Shown here: piece after piece, positions 28,693 to 36,920 of the stretch | Numbering within the stretch: position 1 is the stretch's first letter | Layout of the letters: every line of letters begins with the position of its first letter | Source of the DNA: an uncultured Gammaproteobacteria bacterium | Lineage (GTDB): Bacteria; Patescibacteriota; Patescibacteriia; 2-01-FULL-39-33 | Assembly: GCA_964573235.1 (NCBI GenBank) | Contig: CAZNIV010000001.1 | Span: 3,709 to 67,708 of the forward strand | Length of the DNA stretch: 64,000 nt | Reading direction: 5' to 3' | Position numbers and translations under genes: made by a program | The notes under the pieces: model-generated | The model's database searches: none | Told to the model about the DNA's origin: nothing | The model's input: the letters and a program-made list of their open reading frames with translations, nothing else

Positions 28693-29952
28693 CTAAATTT
28701 TCACCTTCAACTCTTCTTCAAGCATCTCATAGCTTAAATCCCCTTTAAATAGTGCCCATTTTTCCATTTTTTTCTCCTGATCATAGAATTTATTCTCATA
28801 AATTTCATAATCGGCGCGATACTTTTCTGGCGTTAAATTAAGCATGATCGCATTAGCGCCAGCCATAAACGCCTTATGCCGAAATTGCTCACCATAAAGC
28901 GTTTCCATGGCAGTAGTAACGGGTATTCTGGCTTTAGGTAAAACTAAGCGAATAGTGGCAATAATTTTTAACATCATTTCTTCTGGTAAAATTATCTCAT
29001 CAACCAACGGGGTATTTTTCGATGGCACTAATGGCCCAAATGACGGCATGAAAGCATTAAACCTTTTTAGCGTCAAAATATCTACCGCTAAATCAGTTAC
29101 TGATTGCTTAGGTAAGCCAGCGATAAAACCAGTGGCAATGGTATAACCTAATTTTAAACAACCATCAATTAATGCACGGCGATCGGCACCATCTTCGCCT
29201 TGATGCAAATCAGTATACAATCTATCATTCATTTCTTCGTATCTAATTAAAACGCCATTAGCACCAGCTTTTTTTAATTGCTGATAAACTTCCAAAGAGC
29301 GACCACCAATACTCAAATATAAAAACGCGCGAAAACGCTTTTTAATTTCTGTCACTAAACTTATTAAATCAGCGTCAGAATAAGTATAATCTTCCCCGGA
29401 TTGCAATACTAAAATTTTATAACCTTTATCCTCTACCGCTTCTCGCACCGCTTCAATAATTTCTTCGCTCGTCATACGATAACGCTTTACCGCCTGATTA
29501 CCACATCTAATGCCACAATACTGACAATTACTAGCGCAATAATTAGAAAACTCAATCAAACCATGCACGCAAATATGATCTTTAATACTAGTTTTTCTGG
29601 TAATATTGGCCTCAGAATACAACTCATTTAAATCAGCTTCGGATTTTAAGGTTAATAAATATTCAATATCTGCCTGTTGCAATTTGTCTGACTTAGCTTT
29701 AGCTAAGATATTTTTTAATTCTTGATTTTGACTGGGCTCGGCCAATGGATAAGCTTTTAGCAACGCAAAAATTTCTTCTGCCTCTGAAGCGGAAATTTTT
29801 TTCAGTAAAAAATCATTGGTAAATAAAACCCAGTCACCGATCTGTAAGTCTTCTGGCGTTAACATTTTTACTTCTTTTTCTCGGCCACTCACTTCTAATT
29901 TGGCCGAAACGCCAGAAACCGACAAGACCTTTGCCGGTAAAGTCAAACACAT
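28693..29952 (-). CDS. Fusion protein: N-terminal HypC/HupF-like domain (MCLTLP...) + HydE/HmdB/BioB-like radical SAM domain
   Basis: Residues 1-70 align with HypC (MCLTLPAKV...GDWVLFTNDF versus E. coli MCIGVPGQI...GQWVLVHVGF). Residues ~120-419 carry CASNCQYCG (CxxxCxxC), GLIEFSNYC, KRYRMT and LQSGED, strongly resembling HydE as remembered. One uninterrupted ORF. Confidence 0.8.
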   Translation of the reverse strand: MCLTLPAKVLSVSGVSAKLEVSGREKEVKMLTPEDLQIGDWVLFTNDFLLKKISASEAEEIFALLKAYPLAEPSQNQELKNILAKAKSDKLQQADIEYLLTLKSEADLNELYSEANITRKTSIKDHICVHGLIEFSNYCASNCQYCGIRCGNQAVKRYRMTSEEIIEAVREAVEDKGYKILVLQSGEDYTYSDADLISLVTEIKKRFRAFLYLSIGGRSLEVYQQLKKAGANGVLIRYEEMNDRLYTDLHQGEDGADRRALIDGCLKLGYTIATGFIAGLPKQSVTDLAVDILTLKRFNAFMPSFGPLVPSKNTPLVDEIILPEEMMLKIIATIRLVLPKARIPVTTAMETLYGEQFRHKAFMAGANAIMLNLTPEKYRADYEIYENKFYDQEKKMEKWALFKGDLSYEMLEEELKVKI

Positions 29953-29961
29953 AAATTTAAA

Positions 29962-30108
29962 TTACATTCTGTTTTTACGAAAAATGGTAGCCAAACCCAA
30001 AACGATCAAAGCAATTGGCCAAATCAAATCCCAATTGATCGCTGGCACTACGCCCAAATACTTGAGCAAGAAAACCAAACCCACAACTACCAATGCTACT
30101 CCCAACAT
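29962..30108 (-). CDS. Candidate small (48 aa) hydrophobic membrane peptide between hydG and the hypC-rSAM fusion (not in the supplied ORF track)
   Basis: Manual translation gives MLGVALVVVGLVFLLKYLGVVPAINWDLIWPIALIVLGLATIFRKNRM. The 168-nt gap in this otherwise tightly packed operon has no other explanation. Confidence 0.3.
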   Translation of the reverse strand: MLGVALVVVGLVFLLKYLGVVPAINWDLIWPIALIVLGLATIFRKNRM

Positions 30109-30120
30109 ATATTTAAAAAA

Positions 30121-30942
30121 TTAATTAAATTTAATATAATCTTTAATTTCACTCCAGGTGAATACCGGGCCATCTTTACATACATAATACGGGCCAATAG
30201 CGCAATGTTGGCAAACACCAACCCCGCAATACATTTTCTTTTCTAATGACACATAAATATTTTCATCTTTTATGCCTTTGGCCTGCAATTGTTCTACCAC
30301 AAACTTATACATCACTGGCGGACCAACAATAATGGCAATAGAATTAGAAGTAATAACGCGTTTAGCCAATAAATTAGTAATTAAGCCTTTATCCCCTTTC
30401 CAATCTTTTTCTGGCTTATCTAAAGTTAAATTAAACTCGCTATGCTTTTTCCAGTAATCATGCTCAGATTTAAAAAGTATTGAGTGCTGATTTAAGCAGC
30501 CATAAAAAATTTGCATCACCGTATTATCTAATCGGCCGGCCATATAATCAACAATAATTGGCCTAAGTGGAATAAAACCACAACCGCCACCAATTACAAT
30601 CAACGGTAAATCTTTAGCCTTTTCCACGTCAAAACCGTTGCCAAACGGGCCACGAATATCTACCTCATCACCTACTATTAAATTACTGAATTTATGCGTC
30701 AATAAACCCACGTCACGAATAGCTAACTCAAAATAATTTTTTGCCTCAAACGGCGACGAACAAATACTAATCGGACACTCGCCCCAACCCGGCAAACCCA
30801 CTTGCATAAATTGGCCATGAATAAAAGCAAAGTTTTTTTGCTGCTTAGTATCAATAAATTTTAAACGCCACAAAATTGTATCGGGCGACAAGCACTCAAC
30901 GGCAACAATTTTAGCTTTTTGCGGTTGATAAATATTGATCAT
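30121..30942 (-). CDS. hydG: Sulfhydrogenase/3b-hydrogenase gamma-like subunit (FAD/NAD(P)-binding oxidoreductase with C-terminal 2Fe-2S; PyrK/AsrB-like)
   Basis: FNR-like fold with IVIGGGCGFIPLRPI and a C-terminal CGVGVCQHC...C cluster motif. Confidence 0.75.
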   Translation of the reverse strand: MINIYQPQKAKIVAVECLSPDTILWRLKFIDTKQQKNFAFIHGQFMQVGLPGWGECPISICSSPFEAKNYFELAIRDVGLLTHKFSNLIVGDEVDIRGPFGNGFDVEKAKDLPLIVIGGGCGFIPLRPIIVDYMAGRLDNTVMQIFYGCLNQHSILFKSEHDYWKKHSEFNLTLDKPEKDWKGDKGLITNLLAKRVITSNSIAIIVGPPVMYKFVVEQLQAKGIKDENIYVSLEKKMYCGVGVCQHCAIGPYYVCKDGPVFTWSEIKDYIKFN

Positions 30943-31904
30943 AGATTTTTAAGCACCTCATTGATTTTAATTCCCACTGGGCAAACATTACTGCAACGAT
31001 TACAACTAACACAACCCGGCAAGCCGTATTCTTTAGGAATGCGCACAAATTTATGGGTATACCAAAAATAAATCTTTTGTTTAGCGGTATCTAGCGATTT
31101 ATGCCCGCCAGCCACCAAAGAAAAATCATTATAAAAGCAATTACCCCACTTGCGAACGCGACCGGTATTATTCACATCATTTTTATCTTCTAAATCAAAG
31201 CAAAAACAAGTCGGGCATACAATAGAACACTTACCACAAGCGATGCAAGTTTTGCCCAATTCTTCCCAAATTGGCTGATCAAAAGACTGATCAACTTTCT
31301 TTTTTAACAATAACATGCGCTTATCTTGGCCTTCTTCGGCAATCGGCCCAGCAAATTCTACGTGCTGATATTTTTTGGCACCACGCTTTTCTAAAAATAA
31401 CTGACCTTTTTCTGATCCGGAATATAAATCATAACCATCATTAACTCTGGCCATCAAAAAGATATCAAACACTAAGTGCTCTAAAAAGTTTTCTTCCCAA
31501 TTATGGGTAAAGACTTTATATTTTTTAAATTCCTCGGGCGCGCCCGTACCTAATCCCACTATTAAAGTACGACGACGACGTTCTTGATAATATTTATCCT
31601 TAGAAAATACCTGCTCCCACAAAGCCAACGCCTTTAAATCCAAAACATTAATGCCCACCAAAGAAAATTTTGGCCAAACACGAGTTTCTTCTTTTAAATT
31701 ACCGCCACTAATGCCAAATAAGCGTTCCTCAGCCGGAATTAGCCATTGCTTAAAAGAATTAACTGGCATTTCGGCCGACCAATCAATATTTTTTAAATCT
31801 GTTACTGGCGCTACCTTAAGTACACCATCAATTCTTTGAGGTGCTATAATCTGATATTCTTTAGAAATGGCTAAAATTAAATTTTGTAATTCGGTTTTAT
31901 TCAT
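30939..31904 (-). CDS. hydB: Sulfhydrogenase/3b-hydrogenase beta-like subunit (4Fe-4S ferredoxin domain protein; AsrA-like)
   Basis: CIACGKCSIVCP and CVSCNRCSNVCP motifs; overlaps hydG by 4 nt. Confidence 0.7.
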   Translation of the reverse strand: MNKTELQNLILAISKEYQIIAPQRIDGVLKVAPVTDLKNIDWSAEMPVNSFKQWLIPAEERLFGISGGNLKEETRVWPKFSLVGINVLDLKALALWEQVFSKDKYYQERRRRTLIVGLGTGAPEEFKKYKVFTHNWEENFLEHLVFDIFLMARVNDGYDLYSGSEKGQLFLEKRGAKKYQHVEFAGPIAEEGQDKRMLLLKKKVDQSFDQPIWEELGKTCIACGKCSIVCPTCFCFDLEDKNDVNNTGRVRKWGNCFYNDFSLVAGGHKSLDTAKQKIYFWYTHKFVRIPKEYGLPGCVSCNRCSNVCPVGIKINEVLKNL

Positions 31905-31945
31905 GGATTTATTATAACATAACTAAGAAAACCCCACCAACAAAA
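31905..31945 (-). promoter_or_regulatory. Candidate promoter for the hydrogenase operon, possibly giving a leaderless or very short-leader mRNA
   Basis: On the minus strand TATAAT (31911..31916) ends 6 nt before the hydB ATG, with a weak TTGGTG-like -35 element 17 nt upstream. Confidence 0.3.
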
Positions 31946-31967
31946 AATATTAATACAATTACCAAAA

Positions 31968-32291
31968 CTACTTATTTAAATTTAAAATAAACCAATACCC
32001 ACCACCAGTTGCGTAACGCGGACCAGGCCCCTCTTTAACTAGGATATACTCTTTTTCTGAACCTAAATACTCTCTTACACTATCCACTTGACTTGGTATG
32101 GCATCAATTAAAATATCTCCGCTCTCCCCCAAAGGCAAATGTCCTTGATTAATCCATTCTTTTAATTCAAATACCAAAGTACCTAAGCCCGTTAAAATTT
32201 TTAACTCTTCTCGTAATTTAATAACGGCTTCTTTAATTCTATTCTCCTCTGATAATTCCGGTCCAGTAACCTCTCTTTTAAATGGCTTCAT
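31968..32291 (-). CDS. Hypothetical 107-aa protein upstream of the hydrogenase operon
   Basis: ORF with unbiased, coding-like composition; no family recognised. Confidence 0.4.
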   Translation of the reverse strand: MKPFKREVTGPELSEENRIKEAVIKLREELKILTGLGTLVFELKEWINQGHLPLGESGDILIDAIPSQVDSVREYLGSEKEYILVKEGPGPRYATGGGYWFILNLNK

Positions 32292-32302
32292 AAATATTGC
32301 AA

Positions 32303-33385
32303 TTATTCCTCACTACTTGGCTTCTCTAATAAATTCACTTCCAATTCGCTATCCGACTTAGTAATCTTAACAATATCCTTATCGATCTTTTTTAATTCTT
32401 TACCAGCCAAATTATAGGAATTAACGGTGGTGCCTAAATTATTGCCCAATTTTTCAAAATAATCACTATACGCCAAAATATGCTTTTGTAATTTTTCCAC
32501 ATTACCTTGAATTTCTTTGGCGTCTTTTTCGATTTTCAGCGCGCGTAAACCTTGCAATACTGTTTGCAAATAAGCAGCAAAAGTGGTTGGAGACACAATA
32601 ATCACCTTCTTTTCATTAAAAGCATAATCAATTAAACTGCGAGTATTTACCTTAACGGCGCCCACCTCATTAATTAATAAATCATAATAAATACCCTCTG
32701 ATGGGATAAACATAAAAGCAAAATCCAATGTTCCCTCTTCTGGACGAATGTATTTAGCCGTTTCATCAATACGCTTTTTTAAATCATCTTTAAAAGCTTT
32801 TTCTAAGACTAACTTTTTACTCTCATCAGTTTCATCTAAAATTCGACGATAATTTTCTAAAGAAAACTTAGCATCTACCGGTAATACATTGTCTTTAATT
32901 TTCACTACCGCATCGACGGCATCACCATTTTTAAAGCGATATTGCATCTCATAAGCCTGGGGCGGTAAAATATTTTGCAAAATTAAATCCAAACCCGCTT
33001 CACCAAGGGAACCGCGATTTTTAGAATTAGTTAAAACTTTTTCTAAATTTTTTAACTGCTCAGTAAAAGACATTACCTGCTTATTAGTTTCCTGTAACTG
33101 GGTTACCTTTTCGGTTACACCCCTAATTACACTCAAGCTCTGACTAAACTGACTTTGCATTTGACGATTAGATTCAGTTAATTTTCCATCTACCGTTTGA
33201 TTTAAATTGCGAATATTTAAATCCATCGCTTGATTCAATTCTTTAATACGCTCTTGCAACATCACCAAAGACTGGCCATTTTTATCTTGATTGCCTAATT
33301 GCTCCATTTTTTGACTAAACAAAATAAACATTCCCGCCAAAGCCAACAAAACCAAAGCTAATAGAATCACTAATAATATTTCCAT
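32303..33385 (-). CDS. rmuC: DNA recombination protein RmuC
   Basis: N-terminal TM segment, a long coiled coil, and a C-terminal RmuC nuclease-like motif FAFMFIPSEGIYY...SPTTF. Confidence 0.75.
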   Translation of the reverse strand: MEILLVILLALVLLALAGMFILFSQKMEQLGNQDKNGQSLVMLQERIKELNQAMDLNIRNLNQTVDGKLTESNRQMQSQFSQSLSVIRGVTEKVTQLQETNKQVMSFTEQLKNLEKVLTNSKNRGSLGEAGLDLILQNILPPQAYEMQYRFKNGDAVDAVVKIKDNVLPVDAKFSLENYRRILDETDESKKLVLEKAFKDDLKKRIDETAKYIRPEEGTLDFAFMFIPSEGIYYDLLINEVGAVKVNTRSLIDYAFNEKKVIIVSPTTFAAYLQTVLQGLRALKIEKDAKEIQGNVEKLQKHILAYSDYFEKLGNNLGTTVNSYNLAGKELKKIDKDIVKITKSDSELEVNLLEKPSSEE

Positions 33386-33396
33386 AAATTTAATTG

Positions 33397-34548
33397 TTAT
33401 TTATTAAGCTTAGCAAATTCCAACACGGCCTTCAAATAATTTTCTACTTGAAACTTTTTTGCTTCGTTTAAGCGATCTTCAGAAAAATTAATTTCTTCGC
33501 GACTAGTTAAAATACGATTAAGTTTTTCACCAAAATTACCTTTAGACCAATTAAATAACCAACCCATTTGCTTGTCTTTAATCAGTTCCGGCAAAGCTCC
33601 AATATTTGCGGCTAAAACCGGTATACCATGGGCAAACGCCTCAATAATCACCATGCCAAAGCTTTCTGGCGTTTTTGACGGATTAACCAATAAATCAATC
33701 TGAGGCCAAATTTTATCTTCTAGTTCCTGATGGGTTAATTGGCCGTAAAAAATAATTCTTCGATCATCATCGGCTAATATTTTAGCCTTTTCACTTGCCG
33801 ATCCTTCACCCACCACATGCAAGGTAAAATCGCCCACAATCTTTTTAAATTCGGTAATTAATTCTAAAATACCTTTATATTCTTCAATTTGACCGATGTA
33901 AACTAAATTATCAATACGACCATCAAATTTTATTTCTTTAACTACCACATCCACTGGATTGCCTAAAACTTTTTTATCAGCAAAATCAAAATAACCATGT
34001 CTATCATATAAATCAGTAAAGTAATGCGATGGAAAAATCACTTTTTTAACCGCACTAAATAAAAATCGACACACTATGCGATAAGCTTTAGCCACTAAAC
34101 CATCTCTAGATTCCACCAAGCCACTAGGGTAAATCAACTGCGCATCATGAATAGTATGGATCCAAGGAACATCTAATCTGGCTAATTTTCCTGGCAAAAT
34201 ATAACTTAAACCTTTTAAATTATGCGTCAAAATTAAATCTGGTTTATTTTGTTTAATGATATTCATCACCTTGTTCGCCTGCTTAAAATTAAACATATCG
34301 CGAATATGCCAAAAAATACGACGCCAAAATGGTTTCTTATTGATATCTAAATAATTAAAAATATTCTCCGCCGACAAACGATAAACCCTCACCCCCTCCA
34401 ATAACTCAACATCTTCTTTTTTGCCCAAAGTAATAACAGAAACATCATGCTTAAGTAAACGCAAACGCTCTACTACCGTGGCCACCACCGTTTCAGCGCC
34501 ACCCCTAAAAAAGGGTTTATAAATTGAATGGATGACAGCTATTTTCAT
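33397..34548 (-). CDS. Glycosyltransferase family 4
   Basis: GT-B fold; ESFGMVIIEAFAHGIPVLA motif. Confidence 0.75.
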   Translation of the reverse strand: MKIAVIHSIYKPFFRGGAETVVATVVERLRLLKHDVSVITLGKKEDVELLEGVRVYRLSAENIFNYLDINKKPFWRRIFWHIRDMFNFKQANKVMNIIKQNKPDLILTHNLKGLSYILPGKLARLDVPWIHTIHDAQLIYPSGLVESRDGLVAKAYRIVCRFLFSAVKKVIFPSHYFTDLYDRHGYFDFADKKVLGNPVDVVVKEIKFDGRIDNLVYIGQIEEYKGILELITEFKKIVGDFTLHVVGEGSASEKAKILADDDRRIIFYGQLTHQELEDKIWPQIDLLVNPSKTPESFGMVIIEAFAHGIPVLAANIGALPELIKDKQMGWLFNWSKGNFGEKLNRILTSREEINFSEDRLNEAKKFQVENYLKAVLEFAKLNK

Positions 34549-35693
34549 AATTGACGATAAACATCCGCCATCAAATCAGCTACCACTGACCAAGAATATT
34601 TAGCTTTAGCGCGCTTAATCGCTTGTTCTGACATACTTTGCGCGGTATGTGGATAACTCAATATTTTATTCATTTTTTCTGCTAAATCAAGAGCATTTTT
34701 GGGCTCACACAACAAACCTGTCACTTCATTTTTAATCGTTTTACGACTACCCGGCCAATCTGAAACCACTGCCGGCAAACCACAAGCTTGAGCCTCAGCA
34801 ATCACTATACCAAAACTTTCCGTGCTTTCAGTAGATGGTAAAACAAACACATCACAATTGCTATAGTATTTTGGCAATTCTTCGTTTTTAACCCAGCCCA
34901 GAAAAATAATCCTATCTTCAATGCCTAATTGTCGTGCCAAATCCTTGTACTGTTTTTTTAACTCCCCATCGCCAATCACCAAGAGTGCTAAGTCGTTTTT
35001 AATACTCAAATTTTTTACCGCCCTAATTAATACATCCACGCCCTTGAAAAAATGCTGTTTATCTAATCCGCCAACAAAAATAATTTTTTTAGTTTTTTCA
35101 CCTAAATTATAATACTGATTAAATAATAAATCTTTTTCCTGGGGCTGAAAAATATTTTCATCAATACCATTAGGCACAACTACAAACTTTTCATGCTGTT
35201 TAGTAAAAAATGGTTTTAAACGACAATACTTAGCGTGATCTTCGGATAAAACAAAAAACTTATCACAAGCCTTAACCATTAACCCTAAAAATAACTTAGA
35301 ATAAACGGCAAAGAAATATTTCTGCCAACCAAAGCCAATGGCGTCCATTTCGTAATGCACCACTAACTTAAGACGCGGATATATTTTTTTAGCCAATATC
35401 ACCACTAAATCCGTACCAAAAAAAGGGTAATATAAATGCGCAATATCAAAATTACGCAATTGCCATAATAAACTTAATAAAAATCCAGCATGGCCAAGTC
35501 CAAGCCAGTTTTTAAGCGGTTTAAAAGTATAACCAGTATCCACGGCATATCTCTTGCCTTTAATCACTGGCGTAAAGGCTGTGACATCAAAACCACGCTT
35601 ACTAAGCTCTTTAGCCTGATAATAAGCGTTATTACCAATACCGCCCCCATTTGGTGGCCAAGCGCAAACGATAATCGCTAGCTTTTTGTTCAT
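34545..35693 (-). CDS. Glycosyltransferase family 4
   Basis: ESFGIVIAEAQACGLPAVVSD motif; overlaps the downstream GT4 by 4 nt. Confidence 0.75.
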   Translation of the reverse strand: MNKKLAIIVCAWPPNGGGIGNNAYYQAKELSKRGFDVTAFTPVIKGKRYAVDTGYTFKPLKNWLGLGHAGFLLSLLWQLRNFDIAHLYYPFFGTDLVVILAKKIYPRLKLVVHYEMDAIGFGWQKYFFAVYSKLFLGLMVKACDKFFVLSEDHAKYCRLKPFFTKQHEKFVVVPNGIDENIFQPQEKDLLFNQYYNLGEKTKKIIFVGGLDKQHFFKGVDVLIRAVKNLSIKNDLALLVIGDGELKKQYKDLARQLGIEDRIIFLGWVKNEELPKYYSNCDVFVLPSTESTESFGIVIAEAQACGLPAVVSDWPGSRKTIKNEVTGLLCEPKNALDLAEKMNKILSYPHTAQSMSEQAIKRAKAKYSWSVVADLMADVYRQL

Positions 35694-35760
35694 TTTACTG
35701 ATATTATTTGCTTATACAACTACTTAAAGCATACTATTTTAAACGAACTCAGTCAAAGCT

Positions 35761-36537
35761 ATGTCTAAAAAATATTTAATTGGCATCGACTTACACGGCA
35801 CCTTACTTAATGAGCAATGGCAAATAGAAAATAACCTAATTTCTCCATTAGCCGAAAAATTATCTGCCTTAAAAAAAGATTGTCTAATTTATGTCTGCTC
35901 CGGCAATGACCTAACTTTTATCCAGCAATATATTCCCGAATCAATTCGCCAATTATTTGACGGTTATATTTTAGAAACCGGCTGCACTATAAGCGAAGGC
36001 ATAGAAGAAAAAATTATTGTGCCAAGCGAAACATTAAAAATTATTAAATCATTAGAAGATAAACTTCGCCAAGCCAACATCCCCGAAGTAAAATATTTTG
36101 GTCGCCGGCTATCCACTATTAGCCTATTCACTAGAGATGAAAGCAGTGGGCCAGAACCGGATATTATTCATGATCGCGTAAAAAATCTAGTTAACGAATT
36201 AGGCTTTACTGATCATGTCTTGGTCACTCACTCTAATGTAGCGGTAGATATTATCCCTTTGGGTTTTAATAAATTTACCGGCATGCGCCATATTGCCAAC
36301 AATTTAAAAACTATTGGCATTGCCGATTCTTTAAACGACAGTCACATGATTTTAGGCGCTGACTACTCTTTTATTCCCGCTAACGCCTCCGCTAAGCTTT
36401 TAAATTTACTAGAAAAAAATCAAAAAACGGTAGAAAAAATTCACCAAGCCCAAAAAGCTACCATTCTGCAAAGCCAATATGGCCATACTCTGGGTGTAAT
36501 TGACGCTTTAGATTTTATAGCCAAAAATTTGATATAA
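35761..36537 (+). CDS. HAD-superfamily (Cof/IIB-like) sugar-phosphate phosphatase-like protein with atypical motif I (DLHGT)
   Basis: IGIDLHGTLL (motif I with His in place of the second Asp), a cap domain, and GDSLND (motif IV). Confidence 0.6.
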   Translation: MSKKYLIGIDLHGTLLNEQWQIENNLISPLAEKLSALKKDCLIYVCSGNDLTFIQQYIPESIRQLFDGYILETGCTISEGIEEKIIVPSETLKIIKSLEDKLRQANIPEVKYFGRRLSTISLFTRDESSGPEPDIIHDRVKNLVNELGFTDHVLVTHSNVAVDIIPLGFNKFTGMRHIANNLKTIGIADSLNDSHMILGADYSFIPANASAKLLNLLEKNQKTVEKIHQAQKATILQSQYGHTLGVIDALDFIAKNLI

Positions 36538-36577
36538 TATAAGTAGCGCTCTTTAATTTAACTAACGGAGGTGTACC

Positions 36578-36874
36578 ATGAAACGAGAAAATCTTGTTTA
36601 TTTGGTCGCCACCGACCAAACCGGAAACACCGTTCAATTCCAACGAGAATGCCCTCCTGGAGTGCAAATTTACTCTAAGGAAGGCACTTGGACTTGCAAT
36701 AATGATCACAAGCCGATTCACTATCAAATCGGTTCTGGGGTCAGAATGGGCGTCACAGATGATAAACTGCTTTATGCGCGGTCAAATGTCATTGGCGTCT
36801 ACGATTCTACCAAGCCGGAACAGCTCAACAATGCTATCGTGGCCATCATTACAGCCACGAGTAGTGCAGACTAA
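36578..36874 (+). CDS. Small (98 aa) hypothetical protein, compositionally atypical (GC-richer), with a strong Shine-Dalgarno
   Basis: GGAGGTG lies 5 nt upstream of the ATG; GC-ending codons are used preferentially, unlike the neighbours; a hairpin/T-run terminator follows immediately. Confidence 0.5.
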   Translation: MKRENLVYLVATDQTGNTVQFQRECPPGVQIYSKEGTWTCNNDHKPIHYQIGSGVRMGVTDDKLLYARSNVIGVYDSTKPEQLNNAIVAIITATSSAD

Positions 36875-36881
36875 AAACAAT

Positions 36882-36920
36882 ACTCGCCGACCATAATGTC
36901 GACGAGTTTTTTATTTTTTT
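36882..36920. terminator. Bidirectional intrinsic terminator between the small + strand ORF and the convergent GT2 gene
   Basis: Hairpin ACTCGCCGAC-cataat-GTCGACGAGT (one mismatch) followed by T8 on the + strand and a T-rich run on the - strand. Confidence 0.65.

Noticed and set aside
28693-29952. Interpreting the HydE-like gene as evidence for an [FeFe]-hydrogenase system
   Set aside because: The adjacent catalytic subunit has unambiguous [NiFe] L1/L2 motifs (RxCGxCxxxH ... DPCxxCxxH), and no HydA/HydG/HydF homologs are present. The rSAM is better explained as part of [NiFe] maturation via its HypC fusion.
29816-30124. Plus-strand 102-aa ORF in the hydG/hypC-rSAM gap
   Set aside because: It overlaps the 3' end of the hypC-rSAM gene in antisense and is low-complexity. 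The minus-strand 48-aa hydrophobic ORF in the same gap is more plausible in the operon context.
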